In this document: one piece after another, positions 38,953 through 50,736 of the stretch
Layout: every line of letters begins with the position of its first letter
How positions within the stretch are numbered: position 1 is the stretch's first letter
Assembly (NCBI GenBank): GCA_002863045.1
Contig: PKDH01000036.1
Span: forward strand, 3,630-67,629
Source: Legionella sp.
GTDB lineage: Bacteria > Pseudomonadota > Gammaproteobacteria > Legionellales > Legionellaceae
Direction: 5' to 3'
DNA: 64,000 nucleotides
Position numbers and translations under genes: made by a program
Notes under the pieces: model-generated
Told to the model about the DNA's origin: nothing
Database searches by the model: none
Seen by the model: only the letters and a program-made list of their open reading frames with translations

Positions 38953-40389
38953 GTGGATACCAATAATTTAAAACAACCTCCTTCCTTGCGAATTTTTTTT
39001 GCCACTGAAATGTGGGAACGCTATGGTTTTTATGTAATACAAACGCTTCTTGCGCTATATCTTACACAGCACTTTGAATGGGAAGACAGACCCATCTATG
39101 ATTTAGTCGCATCATTTACGGCCATAACCTATTTATCACCTATCATCGGTGGTTTTATTGCTGACCATCTTCTAGGACAAAAACGCTCCATTCTTGCTGG
39201 CATTTTATTTTTATTTGTTAGTTATGGTTTACTTACAATTGTGGCCAGTGAAACCGCGCTTATTATGGCTTTAACTGGTATTGCTGTAGGTACTGGTTTG
39301 CTAAAACCTAATATTTCTTCACTATTGGGTAATGAATATCCAACTCATTCTCCACTTCGAGAAAATGGTTTTACCATTTTTTATCTGGGTATTACCCTTG
39401 GTATAATTTTGGGCACCACCCTGCCTAGTCAATTAAATTACTGGTTTGGTTGGTCTATTTCATTTTTTAGCGCTGCATTTGGTTTAATTATTGCTTTTGT
39501 AGTTTTTGTTTTTGGCATTCAATATTATCGCATTGCCGATTATCGCATCCACCATTATCACCCGATAAAAATTTTAAAAGCACTTGGTTTAATCACAGCC
39601 TTATGGTTTATAGCTTTTAATATATTGGCGAATCCACGGTTTGCTAATATTTTATTTGGTTTAGTTGTGATTATCTCAATTGCCTATATGGTTAAAACTG
39701 TGAAAAGTGAACCCAAGGAGCAAGCTCGTAAAACTTTAGTTATCGGCCTTTTATGTATTATTTCTATTATGTTTTGGGCTTTTTATTTTCAAATGTTTTT
39801 GTCTTTAACCTTGTTTTTAGCAAGAGCCGTTAACCCTTGTTTTCTTGGTATGTCTTTTCCGCCACCTTATTATGTGGCCATTCAAAGCTTAGGTATGCTT
39901 ATTTTTGGTTATATCTTAACGCGTAAACCTTCTAAAATTGATACATTTAATCAGCGCTTTAGTGTGGGTGATAAATTTTTTTTGGCGATGATTTTTATGC
40001 TTATAGCATATACATTAATTACCCGGCTTTGTTATAGCAGCACCGATGCAGCTTTACTATCACCACTATGGTTTATGCCGGCTTATCTTCTTATCGCCAT
40101 AGCTGAACTTTATCTCTCACCAGTTGGCCTAGCAGCCATTACAACTCTAGCCAATCGGGCCAAAGTAAGCACTATGATGGGTATTTTTTTCGTATCATTG
40201 GGATTAGGTGGGTTTTTATCAGGTAAACTCGCTAACCTGACAGCAGTAGTTAATCCTAGCAAAATTACCACGCTCGCATTTAAATTGCATTATGCTAAAA
40301 CATTTGGTTTTTTATTAATGATACTTATCATTTGTACCATTTTATGTTTTATTTTAAATAGATTTATAACCCGCTTATTACGTTCATAG
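38953..40389 (+). CDS. Proton-dependent oligopeptide transporter (POT/PTR2 family)
   Basis: FATEMWERYGFYVIQTLLALYL is the ExxERFxYY-type signature. It has about 14 TM helices and a GTG start. Confidence 0.88.
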   Translation: MDTNNLKQPPSLRIFFATEMWERYGFYVIQTLLALYLTQHFEWEDRPIYDLVASFTAITYLSPIIGGFIADHLLGQKRSILAGILFLFVSYGLLTIVASETALIMALTGIAVGTGLLKPNISSLLGNEYPTHSPLRENGFTIFYLGITLGIILGTTLPSQLNYWFGWSISFFSAAFGLIIAFVVFVFGIQYYRIADYRIHHYHPIKILKALGLITALWFIAFNILANPRFANILFGLVVIISIAYMVKTVKSEPKEQARKTLVIGLLCIISIMFWAFYFQMFLSLTLFLARAVNPCFLGMSFPPPYYVAIQSLGMLIFGYILTRKPSKIDTFNQRFSVGDKFFLAMIFMLIAYTLITRLCYSSTDAALLSPLWFMPAYLLIAIAELYLSPVGLAAITTLANRAKVSTMMGIFFVSLGLGGFLSGKLANLTAVVNPSKITTLAFKLHYAKTFGFLLMILIICTILCFILNRFITRLLRS

Positions 40390-40486
40390 GTATTTTAATC
40401 ATAATAAAAATTGTTTAAAAATTGATCACCTATACTTTAAAGTAACTTGCTAAATAGCCACAACTTTTAATGAATAGGTGAACGTT

Positions 40487-40783
40487 ATGAAAGAACGTAG
40501 ACAATACTTTAGAATTAAGAACCCAAACAAGATCATTCAAGCATTTACCGCTTCATTTCCTCTAACAATAATTGATATATCACCTATAAGCGCAAGTGTT
40601 GTTAGTTCTCATCCAATATTTAATGAAGGATTTATCAAAATAATAATTAATTATTCTGCCTACACACTACACTATCAAGTAGTAAAATACTTATCAGATA
40701 GAATAATTATAGAATTTACTGAGATGGAAGATGTAGAAAACATATGGATGTCTTTGAAAAATTTAAAAGTTTATGAAAATTAA
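40487..40783 (+). CDS. Single-domain PilZ-like protein with variant c-di-GMP motif
   Basis: It has RRQYFR (RxxxR), then DISPIS 21 residues later, which is D-x-S-x-x-G with Gly replaced by Ser. AGGTGA lies 4 nt upstream of the ATG at 40487. Confidence 0.5.
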   Translation: MKERRQYFRIKNPNKIIQAFTASFPLTIIDISPISASVVSSHPIFNEGFIKIIINYSAYTLHYQVVKYLSDRIIIEFTEMEDVENIWMSLKNLKVYEN

Positions 40784-40793
40784 AAGTCGACGG

Positions 40794-40821
40794 ATACTGA
40801 GGTCAATGATGACCCCAGTAT
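40794..40821. terminator. Hairpin between convergent genes (ATACTGAGGTCA-atga-TGACCCCAGTAT), followed by TTTTAAAA
   Basis: 12-bp stem with one mismatch and a 4-nt loop, read directly from the sequence. Confidence 0.6.
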
Positions 40822-40829
40822 TTTAAAAC

Positions 40830-40997
40830 TTATTCTTTATCCCAAGGTTGGCATTTTTCTTGTTTTTGCTGACCTTGATGCTGAGGTGATTGTTTTTCTT
40901 TTGGATGATGTTGTTGGCCTTCACGTCCACCTTGACCATAACCTGCTTGATTTGCTTGATTTGCTTCTTGCCAGTTATTTGCTTGTTTGTTATCCAT
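40830..40997 (-). CDS. Small hydrophilic Q/G/N-rich protein (55 aa)
   Basis: MDNKQANNWQEANQANQAGYGQGGREGQQHHPKEKQSPQHQGQQKQEKCQPWDKE. A strong SD (AAGGAGA) lies 5 nt upstream of the ATG at 40997. The composition is reminiscent of small stress or hydrophilin-type proteins. Confidence 0.55.
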   Translation of the reverse strand: MDNKQANNWQEANQANQAGYGQGGREGQQHHPKEKQSPQHQGQQKQEKCQPWDKE

Positions 40998-41132
40998 ATT
41001 TATCTCCTTATAAATTTTAATATCTAACACCAGTCTGAACTGGTTAAATAAGTATAGCATAAGAAAATTAAGCTGCTTTTAAAGCTATTTAAAATGCAAT
41101 ATTAAGACGCTAAGCCTTTGAATAAACCAATA

Positions 41133-42416
41133 TTAATATTTTTTTTCAGGATGCGATTCGTTGATTAAAAATAGCACTAACAACAAACTTAAAGCATAAC
41201 AACTTGGCATAATAACTAAGGCTTTGTTATAACTTGATAATGAATAAGCACTTATGCCCGTTAAAGACGTCACTTTTTCACTATTACGTAAGATAATACC
41301 AATAATTGGTTGAAAAATTGCGCCCCCAATTAATACTGCTAGATTATTAAAACCTGAAGCCGTGCCAACGAATTCAGGCAAGTTATTATCCTTAACAACA
41401 GCAAAACTCAAAGTTTGTCCTCCTGCACCTAACCCAAATATAAATAGAATAATATACATTTGGGTTATTGAAATTCCCGGAACATATAAAATCATGAGGG
41501 TCGAAACAAGTCCTAAAATAGCACTTAGGGCAAGCGCTAAACGCCTAAGGCATAACTTATCGCTAAACCAACCTAAAAGTGGGCTACCTAAACCAATGCC
41601 TAACCATATCATGCTACAAAGACTTGAAGCTGTTATAAGGTTAATCATATATTTTTGTTGTAAGTAAGGCACACCCCATAAAGCTGCGAAGACAGCAATA
41701 GGTGTCCATATAGCACAAGCATATAGCCCTATAGCCCAGGTATGAAAATTTTGACAAACGGTCATTAAGCGCCGCCATTCTTCTTTAAAGGAACGCTTAG
41801 GCGTATTGATTTTAGGCATGCCTTCAGGAAAATCTCGAATAAAAAGCCACAGCAAAATAGCTAAAATTAAACCTATACCAAATAATACAAAATTTGCTTC
41901 ACGCCAACCTAAACGTTTGATTAAAATCGCTAACGGCATCTCACCAAACATCGCGCCAATAGAGCTCATTAATTGAGCGGTACCTGCAAGTAAGGCAAAA
42001 TACCGTGCTGGAAACCATCTTGAAATTAATACCAAGATACCAATAAAAGAAAAAGCTGAACCGCCGCCAATTAAAAAGCGCCCCAGAGCTGCTGTAAAAA
42101 TACTATTAGTCGACGCAAAAAACAAAGTACCAAAAGCACAAATACAAAGAGCAATGCTAATAAGTTTTCGGGGACCAAAACGGTCAAAAAGCAACCCTGC
42201 TGGCAATTGCATCGGTGCATAAGCATAAAAATAGCACGCAGATATGGCGCCAAATCCCGCTGCACTGACATGGAATGTTTGCATCATTGATTTAGCCATG
42301 ACACTTGGAGCCACTTGTAAAACAAATTCGTATAAATAAAATAAAGCAGATAAGAAGAAGATAATACAAGCTTTTGGTGTGACTTTTTGATTAAAGTATC
42401 TGGTATGTGTCTTCAA
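41133..42416 (-). CDS. Major facilitator superfamily transporter
   Basis: 12 predicted TM helices and MFS motif A (LFDRFGPRKLI). The substrate is unknown. Confidence 0.85.
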   Translation of the reverse strand: MKTHTRYFNQKVTPKACIIFFLSALFYLYEFVLQVAPSVMAKSMMQTFHVSAAGFGAISACYFYAYAPMQLPAGLLFDRFGPRKLISIALCICAFGTLFFASTNSIFTAALGRFLIGGGSAFSFIGILVLISRWFPARYFALLAGTAQLMSSIGAMFGEMPLAILIKRLGWREANFVLFGIGLILAILLWLFIRDFPEGMPKINTPKRSFKEEWRRLMTVCQNFHTWAIGLYACAIWTPIAVFAALWGVPYLQQKYMINLITASSLCSMIWLGIGLGSPLLGWFSDKLCLRRLALALSAILGLVSTLMILYVPGISITQMYIILFIFGLGAGGQTLSFAVVKDNNLPEFVGTASGFNNLAVLIGGAIFQPIIGIILRNSEKVTSLTGISAYSLSSYNKALVIMPSCYALSLLLVLFLINESHPEKKY

Positions 42417-42525
42417 GAAATTAATAAGTTAAAAACAACCATTACATCGAAGCTTAATTTTATTGTCAAGCCTTGGTATGGTATTTTCACCCTAATTACT
42501 CTATTTAAAAAATTAAAACATCATT

Positions 42526-43971
42526 TTAACGTGTGCCACCTACTGTTAATGCATCTATTTTTAATGTGGGTTGGCCTACCCCAACTGGTACTGATTGACC
42601 ATCTTTACCACACACGCCAATGCCTGCGTCTAGAGATAAGTCATTACCAACCATGCTGATTTTTTTCATGATATCAGGTCCATTACCTATTAAAGTAGCA
42701 CCTTTAACGGGTCGCGTTATTTTGCCTTTTTCAATTAGATAAGCTTCGCTGGCTGAAAACACAAATTGTCCTGAGGTAATGTCAACTTGGCCACCACCAA
42801 AATTAGCAGCATACAAACCTTTTTCTACAGATTGAATGATTTCAAGAGGATTTTGCGTACCTGATAACATATATGTATTCGTCATTCTAGGCATGGGCAC
42901 ATGTGCATAAGACTCTCTGCGACAATTACCTGTTGAATTCATGTTCATTATTTTAGCATTAAGTTTGTCTTGCATATAATTAACAAGTATCCCATCTTCA
43001 ATGAGTGTGGTGCATTGAGCAGGTGTTCCTTCATCATCAATAGACAAAGAGCCGCGTCTGTCTTTAAGTGTGCCATCATCAACAACATACACGCCTCGAG
43101 CGGCTATTTGCTGACCTATTTTACCAGAAAAAGCTGACAAACCTTTACGGTTAAAGTCCCCTTCGAGACCATGCCCTACAGCTTCATGAAGTAGCACACC
43201 GGGCCAACCAGGGCCTAATACCACCGGCATCGTTCCTGCGGGGGCATCATCTGCTTCAAGATTAATTAAAGCTTCTTTTACTGCTGCTTGCACATAAGTT
43301 AATGCCTGATGCTCATAAGTGAAATAAGAATAAGTCACCCGCCCACCACCACCTGCACGCGCTGTTTCTCGTCGACCATGGGCATCTTCAACAATGACAC
43401 TAACATTGATACTTACCAATGGTCTGATATCAGCAATTAAATCGGTTTGTAAACCCGCTATCATCACCGCCTCAAAGCAACCATTTAAAGACGCGTTGAC
43501 TTGCACTACTCGATTATCAAGGCTGCGCGCTTTTTTATCTATAGACTCTAATAACGCAATTTTCTCCGCATGATTTAAACTAATCAAAGGATTTTCAGCA
43601 CCATAAACAGGTGTCATTTTGATGGGTTTTTTAGCATTTATTTGTGAATATTTGCTTGCCGATAAAGCGACTGATTTTGCTGCGACTGCCGCACGCTTCA
43701 TCGTTTGAGACAAAATATCATCACAATAAGCATAGCCTGTTTTCTCACCACTAATAACGCGAAGTCCAACACCCTTTTCAATCGAAAAGCTACCACTTTT
43801 AACCTCAGAATCTTCTAAGTACCACGACTCATAATGACAATTTTGAAAATACAAGTCAGCATCATCAATATTTTTCCCCGCCATGGAATGCAGAATATTT
43901 CGGATAATATTTTCATCCAAATCCGAAGATTTTAAAATGATATCTTGTGCTTTTTTTAAATACTCATTCAT
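42526..43971 (-). CDS. tldD: Metalloprotease TldD
   Basis: 481 aa with HEAVGHGLEGD (HExxxH) and GVGLRVISGEKTGYAY. Confidence 0.93.
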   Translation of the reverse strand: MNEYLKKAQDIILKSSDLDENIIRNILHSMAGKNIDDADLYFQNCHYESWYLEDSEVKSGSFSIEKGVGLRVISGEKTGYAYCDDILSQTMKRAAVAAKSVALSASKYSQINAKKPIKMTPVYGAENPLISLNHAEKIALLESIDKKARSLDNRVVQVNASLNGCFEAVMIAGLQTDLIADIRPLVSINVSVIVEDAHGRRETARAGGGGRVTYSYFTYEHQALTYVQAAVKEALINLEADDAPAGTMPVVLGPGWPGVLLHEAVGHGLEGDFNRKGLSAFSGKIGQQIAARGVYVVDDGTLKDRRGSLSIDDEGTPAQCTTLIEDGILVNYMQDKLNAKIMNMNSTGNCRRESYAHVPMPRMTNTYMLSGTQNPLEIIQSVEKGLYAANFGGGQVDITSGQFVFSASEAYLIEKGKITRPVKGATLIGNGPDIMKKISMVGNDLSLDAGIGVCGKDGQSVPVGVGQPTLKIDALTVGGTR

Positions 43972-43980
43972 GAATGCTAC

Positions 43981-44793
43981 CTAATTTTTTTGTAAAACGT
44001 GATGAAGATGACAAGGAAGATGCTGTCTAATTTTAGCCAAGTAAGTTAAGTCAACATCAGCCGCTAAAATATCACTGATATTATTTGATTGTTCAATTAA
44101 GATTTTACCCCATGGGTCAATAATCATTGAGTGGCCATGAGTATCTCGACCATTTTCATGTTTACCTGCCTGGTTTGGTGCAATAACATAACATACATTT
44201 TCGATTGCACGCGCTTGTAATAACGGCTGCCAGTGCATTTTACCTGTAGCAGCTAGAAAAGCTGAGGGAATTGCAAATAATTGCGCACCTTGTTGACGAA
44301 GAGAACTAAATAATTCTGGAAAACGTAAATCATAGCAAACCGCTAAACCAATACAACCAACTGGTGTATCAACAGTGATAACCTGATGACCTGGCTCGAT
44401 ATAACTTGATTCTTGATAAATTTCGTTGGTTGAGATTTTTGCATCAAACAAATGAATTTTTTCATAGGTCGTTACACATTTTCCTTGATTATCAAAAACG
44501 ATACATGAGGCACGTACTCGGTTTGATGCCGTTTTTATAGGAATAGTCCCGGCAATTAACCATATATTATAAGAGCGTGCTAAATCACTTAGTCTATTTT
44601 TTATTTGATCACTTTTGGTAGCAATAGTACTTAAATCTTGTGATGTAGGCCCAATATAAAGCGCATTTTCTGGTAATACCACCAGGCTTGCATGCACTTG
44701 CTCTTGATTATGTTTAAGTAAACTTATAATGGTTTCAAAATTTTTATCAATCGATGCCCTTGAGGACATCTGCAGTGCTGCAACCTTAGTCAT
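43981..44793 (-). CDS. Carbon-nitrogen hydrolase (nitrilase superfamily)
   Basis: The E-K-C triad context is present (VVLPEN, KIHLFD, AVCYDLRFPE). It lies adjacent to tldD, as in many gammaproteobacteria. Confidence 0.85.
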   Translation of the reverse strand: MTKVAALQMSSRASIDKNFETIISLLKHNQEQVHASLVVLPENALYIGPTSQDLSTIATKSDQIKNRLSDLARSYNIWLIAGTIPIKTASNRVRASCIVFDNQGKCVTTYEKIHLFDAKISTNEIYQESSYIEPGHQVITVDTPVGCIGLAVCYDLRFPELFSSLRQQGAQLFAIPSAFLAATGKMHWQPLLQARAIENVCYVIAPNQAGKHENGRDTHGHSMIIDPWGKILIEQSNNISDILAADVDLTYLAKIRQHLPCHLHHVLQKN

Positions 44794-44957
44794 GTATAAA
44801 TTTCAACCATCTTTGTTTTTAATTAACGAATTTATTCACTATAAAACAACCAAAACTTTCTTGCTAGACTTATTAAGTCTCGTTAGACTTAAAGCTTCAT
44901 ATTCATATGTTTGAATATGCTAAACTAATTATATAACTTTCAATAGTCGGAGTTTTT

Positions 44958-45632
44958 ATGAACCGCGATAACATTACCCTGCTTAATCAAGGTCGAGCAT
45001 CTGCTTTGGCTACCAATAAAGTATTACGCAACACCTACCTACTACTTGGCTTAACTTTTATGTTTAGTGGTATGATGGCTTACATTTCTTATGCCATGCG
45101 TATGCCACCTCTTAATATTTTGGTGATGATAGTTGGTGTCTATGGCCTGATGTTTTTAACCCAAGCATTAAAAGATAGTCCATGGGGGCTTGTCAGCTGT
45201 TTTGCATTTACAGGGTTTCTAGGATTTACTTTAGGCCCTATTTTAAATCTTTATATCGCTAACTTTTCTAATGGTCATCAACTGATTGCTACAGCTTTAG
45301 GGGGCACAGGTATTATTTTCTTTGCCTTATCAGGGTATGCACTAACTACGCAAAAAGATTTTAGCTTTTTAAGTGGTTTTTTATTCATTGGTATTATGGT
45401 CGCTTTTTTAGGCATGATTGCCGGTGTATTTTTTAATATCCCAGCGTTGCAATTGGCCATCTCTGCCGCATTTGTATTAATTTCTTCCGGGCTTATTTTA
45501 TTCCAAACAAGTGAAATTATTCACGGTGGTGAAACCAATTACATAATGGCTACAGTAGGTTTGTTTGTCTCAATCTATAATTTATTTATCAGTTTATTAC
45601 AACTGCTTGGTGCATTTTCTGGACGAGACTAA
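44958..45632 (+). CDS. yccA: Bax-inhibitor-1/YccA-family membrane protein
   Basis: 224 aa with 7 TM helices and typical N-terminal (NKVLRNTYLLLGLT) and C-terminal (FVSIYNLFISLLQLLG) patterns. Confidence 0.88.
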   Translation: MNRDNITLLNQGRASALATNKVLRNTYLLLGLTFMFSGMMAYISYAMRMPPLNILVMIVGVYGLMFLTQALKDSPWGLVSCFAFTGFLGFTLGPILNLYIANFSNGHQLIATALGGTGIIFFALSGYALTTQKDFSFLSGFLFIGIMVAFLGMIAGVFFNIPALQLAISAAFVLISSGLILFQTSEIIHGGETNYIMATVGLFVSIYNLFISLLQLLGAFSGRD

Positions 45633-45651
45633 ATCTTATAAAGAACGCGGT

Positions 45652-48182
<2,531 letters not shown>

Positions 48183-48252
48183 TTAACAAACTTACCGTTA
48201 AATTAATATCCTCTATCTTTAAATCGATTTTATTAATTTAACCAGTTTGGTA

Positions 48253-49461
48253 TTAATCTATATTAATAAAATGACCTAACTTATCTTTTTTAGTGGTTAA
48301 ATAATGGCGACTGGTTTGGGTTGGTGCAATATTAAGTGGTATTCTCTCACTCACTAGCACACCATATTTCGTTAATCCTTCAACTTTTTTAGGGTTATTA
48401 GTTAAAAGGCGTACATTTTCAATGCCAAAAAATTTTAAAATTTGATAAGCGATGGCATAATCACGCGCATCAGCTGGCAAGCCTAATTCAATATTGGCCT
48501 CAACTGTATCAAAACCTTTTTCTTGTAAAGCATAAGCTTTCATTTTATTAGCCAAACCGATACCACGACCTTCTTGGCGCATATAAATCAAAATACCACC
48601 TTCTTTGGTAATTAACTCAAGGGATTGCTGCAGTTGCTCGCCACAATCACAACGGCAGGAGCCAAATACATCCCCTGTAATACATTCCGAGTGAATACGC
48701 ACTAAAGGTGGTGCTTGTTGACCAAAAGGTGCTTTTATCAAGGCAAAATGTTCCACCTTATCAAGACTATTGGTAAATACTGTCATAGCAAAATGACCAT
48801 AAGTTTGCATAGGTAGAGCAGAAGTTGCAGCGACTTGCACAAGCGTTTCATGTTTAATGCGATAATCAATTAGATCACGTATGGTGACCATTGGAATATT
48901 ATGTTGTTTTGAAAATGTTACCAAATCATCGCGCCGACTCATCGTGCCATCATCGTTGATAATTTCACAGATAACTGCAGCAGGCGTTAAACCTGCAAGC
49001 TTCATTAAATCGACACTTCCTTCTGTTTGACCTGTACGCTCTAACACTCCATTAGTACAAGCTTTAAGAGGAAAAATATGGCCTGGCGTAATCACATCCT
49101 GAGCTTTACTATCTGGGTGAATAGCCACAGCAATGGTATGGGCGCGATCTTTAGCCGAAATACCTGTTGACACCCCTACAGCCGCTTCAATTGAAACCGT
49201 GAATGCTGTACCAAATGGCGATTTATTATTTGAGGTCATCATCGGCAAATTAAGTTTATCAATCAGTTGTTCTGCCATAGATAGACAAATTAATCCGCGC
49301 CCAAAGCGCGCCATAAAATTAATCGCTTCAGGTGTAGCGTAATCAGCGGCAATGACTAAATCACCTTCATTTTCGCGATGCTCATCATCTAATAAGGCAA
49401 TCATTTTACCTGCCTTTAATCTAGCAATGGCTTCTTCAATAGTGACAAGAGCACCTGTCAT
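48253..49461 (-). CDS. ribBA: Bifunctional 3,4-dihydroxy-2-butanone-4-phosphate synthase / GTP cyclohydrolase II
   Basis: RENEGDLVIAA (DHBP synthase) and RIHSECITGDVFGSCRCDCG (GTP cyclohydrolase II). Confidence 0.95.
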   Translation of the reverse strand: MTGALVTIEEAIARLKAGKMIALLDDEHRENEGDLVIAADYATPEAINFMARFGRGLICLSMAEQLIDKLNLPMMTSNNKSPFGTAFTVSIEAAVGVSTGISAKDRAHTIAVAIHPDSKAQDVITPGHIFPLKACTNGVLERTGQTEGSVDLMKLAGLTPAAVICEIINDDGTMSRRDDLVTFSKQHNIPMVTIRDLIDYRIKHETLVQVAATSALPMQTYGHFAMTVFTNSLDKVEHFALIKAPFGQQAPPLVRIHSECITGDVFGSCRCDCGEQLQQSLELITKEGGILIYMRQEGRGIGLANKMKAYALQEKGFDTVEANIELGLPADARDYAIAYQILKFFGIENVRLLTNNPKKVEGLTKYGVLVSERIPLNIAPTQTSRHYLTTKKDKLGHFINID

Positions 49462-49474
49462 AATTTAACCTCGT

Positions 49475-50578
49475 TTAATTATTGAGTTCAGTGTTGGTTT
49501 GTATGGATGATTTATCCCACTCCAAACACGCTATCATATTATCATTTGCTGCCTGCCAGGTTATTGTGTGAGGACTATCAAATAATTTACTATCACAAAA
49601 ACCTGAGGTTGCTGGTTCATTAAGTAGAGTAGGTACAATGTAAAGGTAGGTTTTTTGTACTAAATTTTGTAGATGTAAAGCCGTAAATAATTGTCCTCCT
49701 GCTTCAACCCATACATCGTGAAAGCCTAAATCTTGACCTATATAATGCATTAATTGCTCAAGATTTAGTTTTTTATCATAATTAGCTGCCAAAGCGTGGT
49801 AAGTACAATTTCTATTCTTTTTGGGCGCATTAAGTGTTTTATTATAAAAAATATGGCAATGTTTTGCGCTATCAAAAATATTTAAATGAGCTGGCAAAGT
49901 TAACGCACTATCAATAATAAGAATTATTTTTTTTTCGATGGTTTCATTTAGGCGACTATTTAATTGTGGATTATCTATCATCAAAGTTGATGCTGTAGTC
50001 AAAATAGCATCAGTATAGTAACGGTTGGTATGGGTAAAGTGCTGGCAAGCTTTGTTTGATAATAATACTTGTTGATTATTTTGGGCAATTTTACCGTTTA
50101 AGGTGTGAGCTAATTTAGCAGTAATATAAGGTTTTTTCGTTTGAGTCCAGTATTGATAGCTTTGATAAAACTGCGAGACCTCAGGCAGGGTTACATAAAA
50201 TACTTTAATACCATGTTTTTGTAATATTTTAGGTGTATTGTTACGAGCGACGATAGGGTTTGGGTCAGGAAAACTATATACCACACAATCGATACCATAT
50301 TGAATAATAGCATCGACACAAGGTGGAGTTTTACCCCAATGGTTACAAGGCTCAAGTGTTACGTATAAGGTTACCCCTTTCAAGCCTTGAGGCAACTGCT
50401 CAATAGTTTCTTGCTCAGCATGTGCACTTCCTACGCCACGATGTCGGCCAGATGCAATAATGGTATCTTGGTAAACAGCTACAGCTCCTACACTTGGATT
50501 AGGCGAACAACTGCCGCGTCCCTTCCATGCCTGTTCTAGTGCAGCAAGGATAAACTGTTTGTGCATTCTTAGATTCAA
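49475..50578 (-). CDS. ribD: Riboflavin biosynthesis deaminase/reductase
   Basis: It has HAEQETI and TLEPCNHWGKTPPC (the CMP/dCMP deaminase zinc motif) plus a C-terminal reductase domain. Confidence 0.92.
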   Translation of the reverse strand: MNLRMHKQFILAALEQAWKGRGSCSPNPSVGAVAVYQDTIIASGRHRGVGSAHAEQETIEQLPQGLKGVTLYVTLEPCNHWGKTPPCVDAIIQYGIDCVVYSFPDPNPIVARNNTPKILQKHGIKVFYVTLPEVSQFYQSYQYWTQTKKPYITAKLAHTLNGKIAQNNQQVLLSNKACQHFTHTNRYYTDAILTTASTLMIDNPQLNSRLNETIEKKIILIIDSALTLPAHLNIFDSAKHCHIFYNKTLNAPKKNRNCTYHALAANYDKKLNLEQLMHYIGQDLGFHDVWVEAGGQLFTALHLQNLVQKTYLYIVPTLLNEPATSGFCDSKLFDSPHTITWQAANDNMIACLEWDKSSIQTNTELNN

Positions 50579-50736
50579 AAGATTAAAAATGGTTTTATGA
50601 TAACAAATTATTCAATTTTTTAGTAGCCTGCATTTGGCTTTCTTTGAAAAGTACTTTTATTTAGGTGCAAGATGGTTGATTATCTTAGCATATACTGATT
50701 TACTAATTTTAACCCTTTTCCATGCTTATCATTTGA

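Noticed and set aside
41098-41106. Single CTTAATATT word (minus strand) upstream of the Q/G-rich small ORF, considered as a second PmrA box.
   Set aside because: Only one half-site is present. The next similar word (CTTAATTTT) is about 35 nt away rather than 2 nt, so it does not form the tandem element.
50579-50736. Looked for an FMN (RFN) riboswitch upstream of ribD, and also upstream of ribBA.
   Set aside because: The region is AT-rich and lacks the GC-rich conserved RFN core helices. The ribD-ribBA gap is only 13 nt.
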